A stretch of DNA of 64,000 nucleotides from Rhodoferax sp. (GTDB lineage Bacteria; Pseudomonadota; Gammaproteobacteria; Burkholderiales; Burkholderiaceae_C). A model generated the notes under the pieces. The model had not been told where the DNA came from, did no database searches, and worked only from the letters and a program-made list of their open reading frames with translations. Numbering within the stretch: position 1 is the first letter of the stretch; the number at the start of each line of letters is the position of its first letter. The stretch spans positions 10,985-74,984 of the forward strand of contig JAYUQC010000070.1 in assembly GCA_043759735.1 (NCBI GenBank), given 5' to 3'. The position numbers and the translations under genes are program-made. Positions 61,673 through 64,000 of the stretch are shown piece after piece.

Positions 61673-62104
61673 ATGTCCCTGCGAACGCAGCAAAGAGCCG
61701 ACTATCGCCACTTCCAGGTCATTCCGACCCGCTGGATGGACAACGATATCTACGGGCATGTGAACAACGTGCACTACTACAGCTATTTCGACACTGCCGT
61801 AAATCAGTTTCTGATCGAGCAGGGCGTGCTGGACATCCATTGTGGTTCGGTGGTTGGCTTTGTTGTTGATACGGCCTGCAGCTATTTCAAGCCGATGGCT
61901 TTTCCGGACCAGGTGCACGCCGGTATCCGGGTGGCGCATGTCGGCAATAGCAGCGTGCGCTACGAACTGGGCCTGTTTCGCAACGACGACGCGCTGGTCG
62001 CCGCAGCGGGCAGCTTCACCCATGTATACGTGGACCGTGATACCGGTCGGTCGGTGCCGGTGCCTGACGCAGTCCGCGCGGCGCTGGCGCGGCTACGGGT
62101 GTAG
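61673..62104 (+). CDS. Acyl-CoA thioesterase (4HBT/hotdog fold)
   Basis: RWMDNDIYGHVNNVHYYSYFD, VGNSSVRY; GAGG SD. Confidence 0.92.
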   Translation: MSLRTQQRADYRHFQVIPTRWMDNDIYGHVNNVHYYSYFDTAVNQFLIEQGVLDIHCGSVVGFVVDTACSYFKPMAFPDQVHAGIRVAHVGNSSVRYELGLFRNDDALVAAAGSFTHVYVDRDTGRSVPVPDAVRAALARLRV

Positions 62105-62333
62105 GGCGGTCGGGTGGCACAACGATAGCGCACGCCCTGGCACGTCAGTTCCTGCTGCAATGGTCGCTGTCGCGCGCCGGCACTCGGGCGCTGGCCAGTG
62201 CTGCGGCCACGCCTGCGGGACCGGAGACGACGGTGTTGCATTGCTGCGCTTGTCCTGCCTGTGCCCGACGGCTGCCAAACTGTGTAAAACTCACGCGCTA
62301 CAGGCTCAGTCGGCCAAAAGCGCGAGGCAAGAG

Positions 62334-62636
62334 ATGAAACAGGACAAACCGGGCATGGCGAACAAACCAAGATCGGTCGGGAGGAGTGCTTCGGGCCTGA
62401 CGCAGCCGGGCGAGTTGTATCTTCCGGGAGACGCATTGCCGTTGCCGGAGGTCGTCGAGAAGAACACCGATTCGGTGTGGGCCCTGTGGTCGGACATGGT
62501 CGAGGGTGACGTGGCGCATATGGGCGAGTCCGACAAGGACTTCAAGGAGACTATCCCAATGGACCTCGACGCGCTGGAAAGAACCCGGGCAAGGGGTTTG
62601 CCGGAAAAGCCCCACGGCGCAAGCAAGAAACGCTGA
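62334..62636 (+). CDS. Small hypothetical protein
   Basis: About 100-aa ORF with a PLPEVVEKNTDSVWALW motif and acidic tail; start at 62334 or 62355. Confidence 0.55.
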   Translation: MKQDKPGMANKPRSVGRSASGLTQPGELYLPGDALPLPEVVEKNTDSVWALWSDMVEGDVAHMGESDKDFKETIPMDLDALERTRARGLPEKPHGASKKR

Positions 62637-62668
62637 CGTTCTTGCCCGGCCGGTGTCCGTTGGCCGCC

Positions 62669-63643
62669 CTAGTTCACCATGACGAGCTTGCCCATCACGG
62701 CGCGTGATCCCATGTGGGCGTAAGCTGCCTTGAGTTCGGCCATGGGCATGGTGCGGTCGATCACCGGCCGGATGGTTCCGGCTCCATACCATGATGCGAG
62801 TTTTTCCATCATGGCCGCATTGGCCTTTGGTTCGCGCCGTGCAAAATCGCCCCAGAATACGCCGACGATCGATGCGCCCTTGAGCAGCGGCAGGTTGAGC
62901 GCCAGCGACGGTATGGGCCCACCCGCGAAACCGATCACCAGGTAGCGTCCGCGCCAGGCGATGGAGCGAAAGGCGGGTTCTGCCAGATCGCCGCCGACCG
63001 GGTCATAAACCACGTCCGGGCCCTTGCCCTGGGTCAGCGTCTTGAGCGACTCGCGCAGGTTTTCGCGCTGGTAGTTGATGGTGGCGTCGGCGCCCAGCCG
63101 CGTGCAAAGCGTGCATTTGGCGTCTGTGGACGCGGCGGCAATGACCCGCGCGCCGGCTGCCTTGGCAATCTGTATGGCGGAAGTGCCGACACCGCCAGCG
63201 GCTCCAAGCACCAGGACGGTTTCGCCGGCCTGCAAAGCGGCGCGGTCGATCAGCGCATGGTAGGAGGTGGCGTAGATCATGATGAATGCCGCGGCATCGA
63301 CAAACCCAAAGCCCGGTGGCAGCGGCATGCACATGCCGGCTTTTACGATGGTGTGCGTCGCGAACCCACCGGTACCGGACAGGCAGGCGATGTTCTGCCC
63401 GACCCGCAGATGCTGCACACCGTCGCCGACGGCCTGTACAACGCCGGCGAACTCGGAGCCCGGCACGAACGGCAACTCGGGTTTCAACTGGTATTTGTTC
63501 TGCACGATCAGCAGGTCCGGGAAGTTCAGGCTCGCTGCCTTGATCTCTACCAGCACCTCGCCCGGCCCGGGTGTGGGTGTGGGCAGTTCCTTCCATTTGA
63601 GTGCGTCTATTCCGGTCGGGTTGTCACAGATCCATGCATGCAT
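62669..63643 (-). CDS. NADPH:quinone oxidoreductase (MDR/zeta-crystallin family)
   Basis: AASLNFPD, PFVPGSE, LGAAGGVG, VYDPVGG. Confidence 0.93.
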   Translation of the reverse strand: MHAWICDNPTGIDALKWKELPTPTPGPGEVLVEIKAASLNFPDLLIVQNKYQLKPELPFVPGSEFAGVVQAVGDGVQHLRVGQNIACLSGTGGFATHTIVKAGMCMPLPPGFGFVDAAAFIMIYATSYHALIDRAALQAGETVLVLGAAGGVGTSAIQIAKAAGARVIAAASTDAKCTLCTRLGADATINYQRENLRESLKTLTQGKGPDVVYDPVGGDLAEPAFRSIAWRGRYLVIGFAGGPIPSLALNLPLLKGASIVGVFWGDFARREPKANAAMMEKLASWYGAGTIRPVIDRTMPMAELKAAYAHMGSRAVMGKLVMVN

Positions 63644-63758
63644 CGTCGGTCTCCTCGGAGTTTCGCCTGATGATACGGGCTCGGGTCCGGCAAAAGCGTC
63701 GCTGGCGTGACCCGGTCGCCGGCCGGCGACCTAGAATCGGTGGCCACTGCTCCTAACC

Positions 63759-64000
63759 ATGAAAATCCTTATTTCCAATGACGATGGCTACCAGGCTCCC
63801 GGAATCGTGGCGCTGCATGAAGCGCTGAAGGATCTCGCCGTCGTCGAAGTGGTTGCGCCCGAACTCAACAACAGCGCCAAATCGAATGCTCTGACGCTCC
63901 ATGGGCCCTTGACCGTCAGCACCGCAGCCAACGGGTTTCGCTATGTGAACGGGACGCCCGCCGACTGTGTGCACATTGCCCTGACCGGCTTGCTCGGGTA
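63759..64000 (+). CDS. surE: 5'/3'-nucleotidase SurE (runs off window end)
   Basis: Hand translation: [53 protein letters not shown]. Confidence 0.95.
   Translation, partial: MKILISNDDGYQAPGIVALHEALKDLAVVEVVAPELNNSAKSNALTLHGPLTVSTAANGFRYVNGTPADCVHIALTGLLG

Overview
This is a GC-rich chromosomal segment of a betaproteobacterium. Gene content and order point to Burkholderiales, most likely Comamonadaceae. About 1-22.9 kb and 43.3-64 kb are housekeeping backbone: lexA, adk, kdsB, lpxK, exbBD, xseA, sodB, icd, clpSA, phaP, pncB, rmuC, fadL, efp-earP, uvrC-pgsA, hupB, tRNA-Val, ppiD, tRNA-His and surE. Between them lies a ~20 kb accessory block (22.9-43.2 kb) bracketed by two class III nucleotide cyclase genes, one decayed and one intact. 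The block holds four glycosyltransferases, an inverted AsnB-type amidotransferase, a histidine phosphatase, a NodB-like deacetylase, a family-5 ABC importer, an ABC-exporter-like protein whose ATPase motifs are all degenerate, and a stand-alone cNMP-binding protein. The most striking observations are: (i) a family of short hairpin repeats that sits at ATGA stop/start overlaps and forms chains of mini-ORFs preserving translational coupling; (ii) the pseudo-ATPase ABC protein / cNMP receptor / atypical cyclase module attached to a glycosylation cluster; (iii) a DnaA-box cluster with DARS-like geometry plus an IHF site between exbB and xseA; (iv) many apparently leaderless genes, including a back-to-back promoter between earP and uvrC; (v) an anti-SD small RNA candidate after phaP. 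No CRISPR array, integrase, transposase or rRNA was seen. All family assignments come from motif recognition by eye; no database searches were run.
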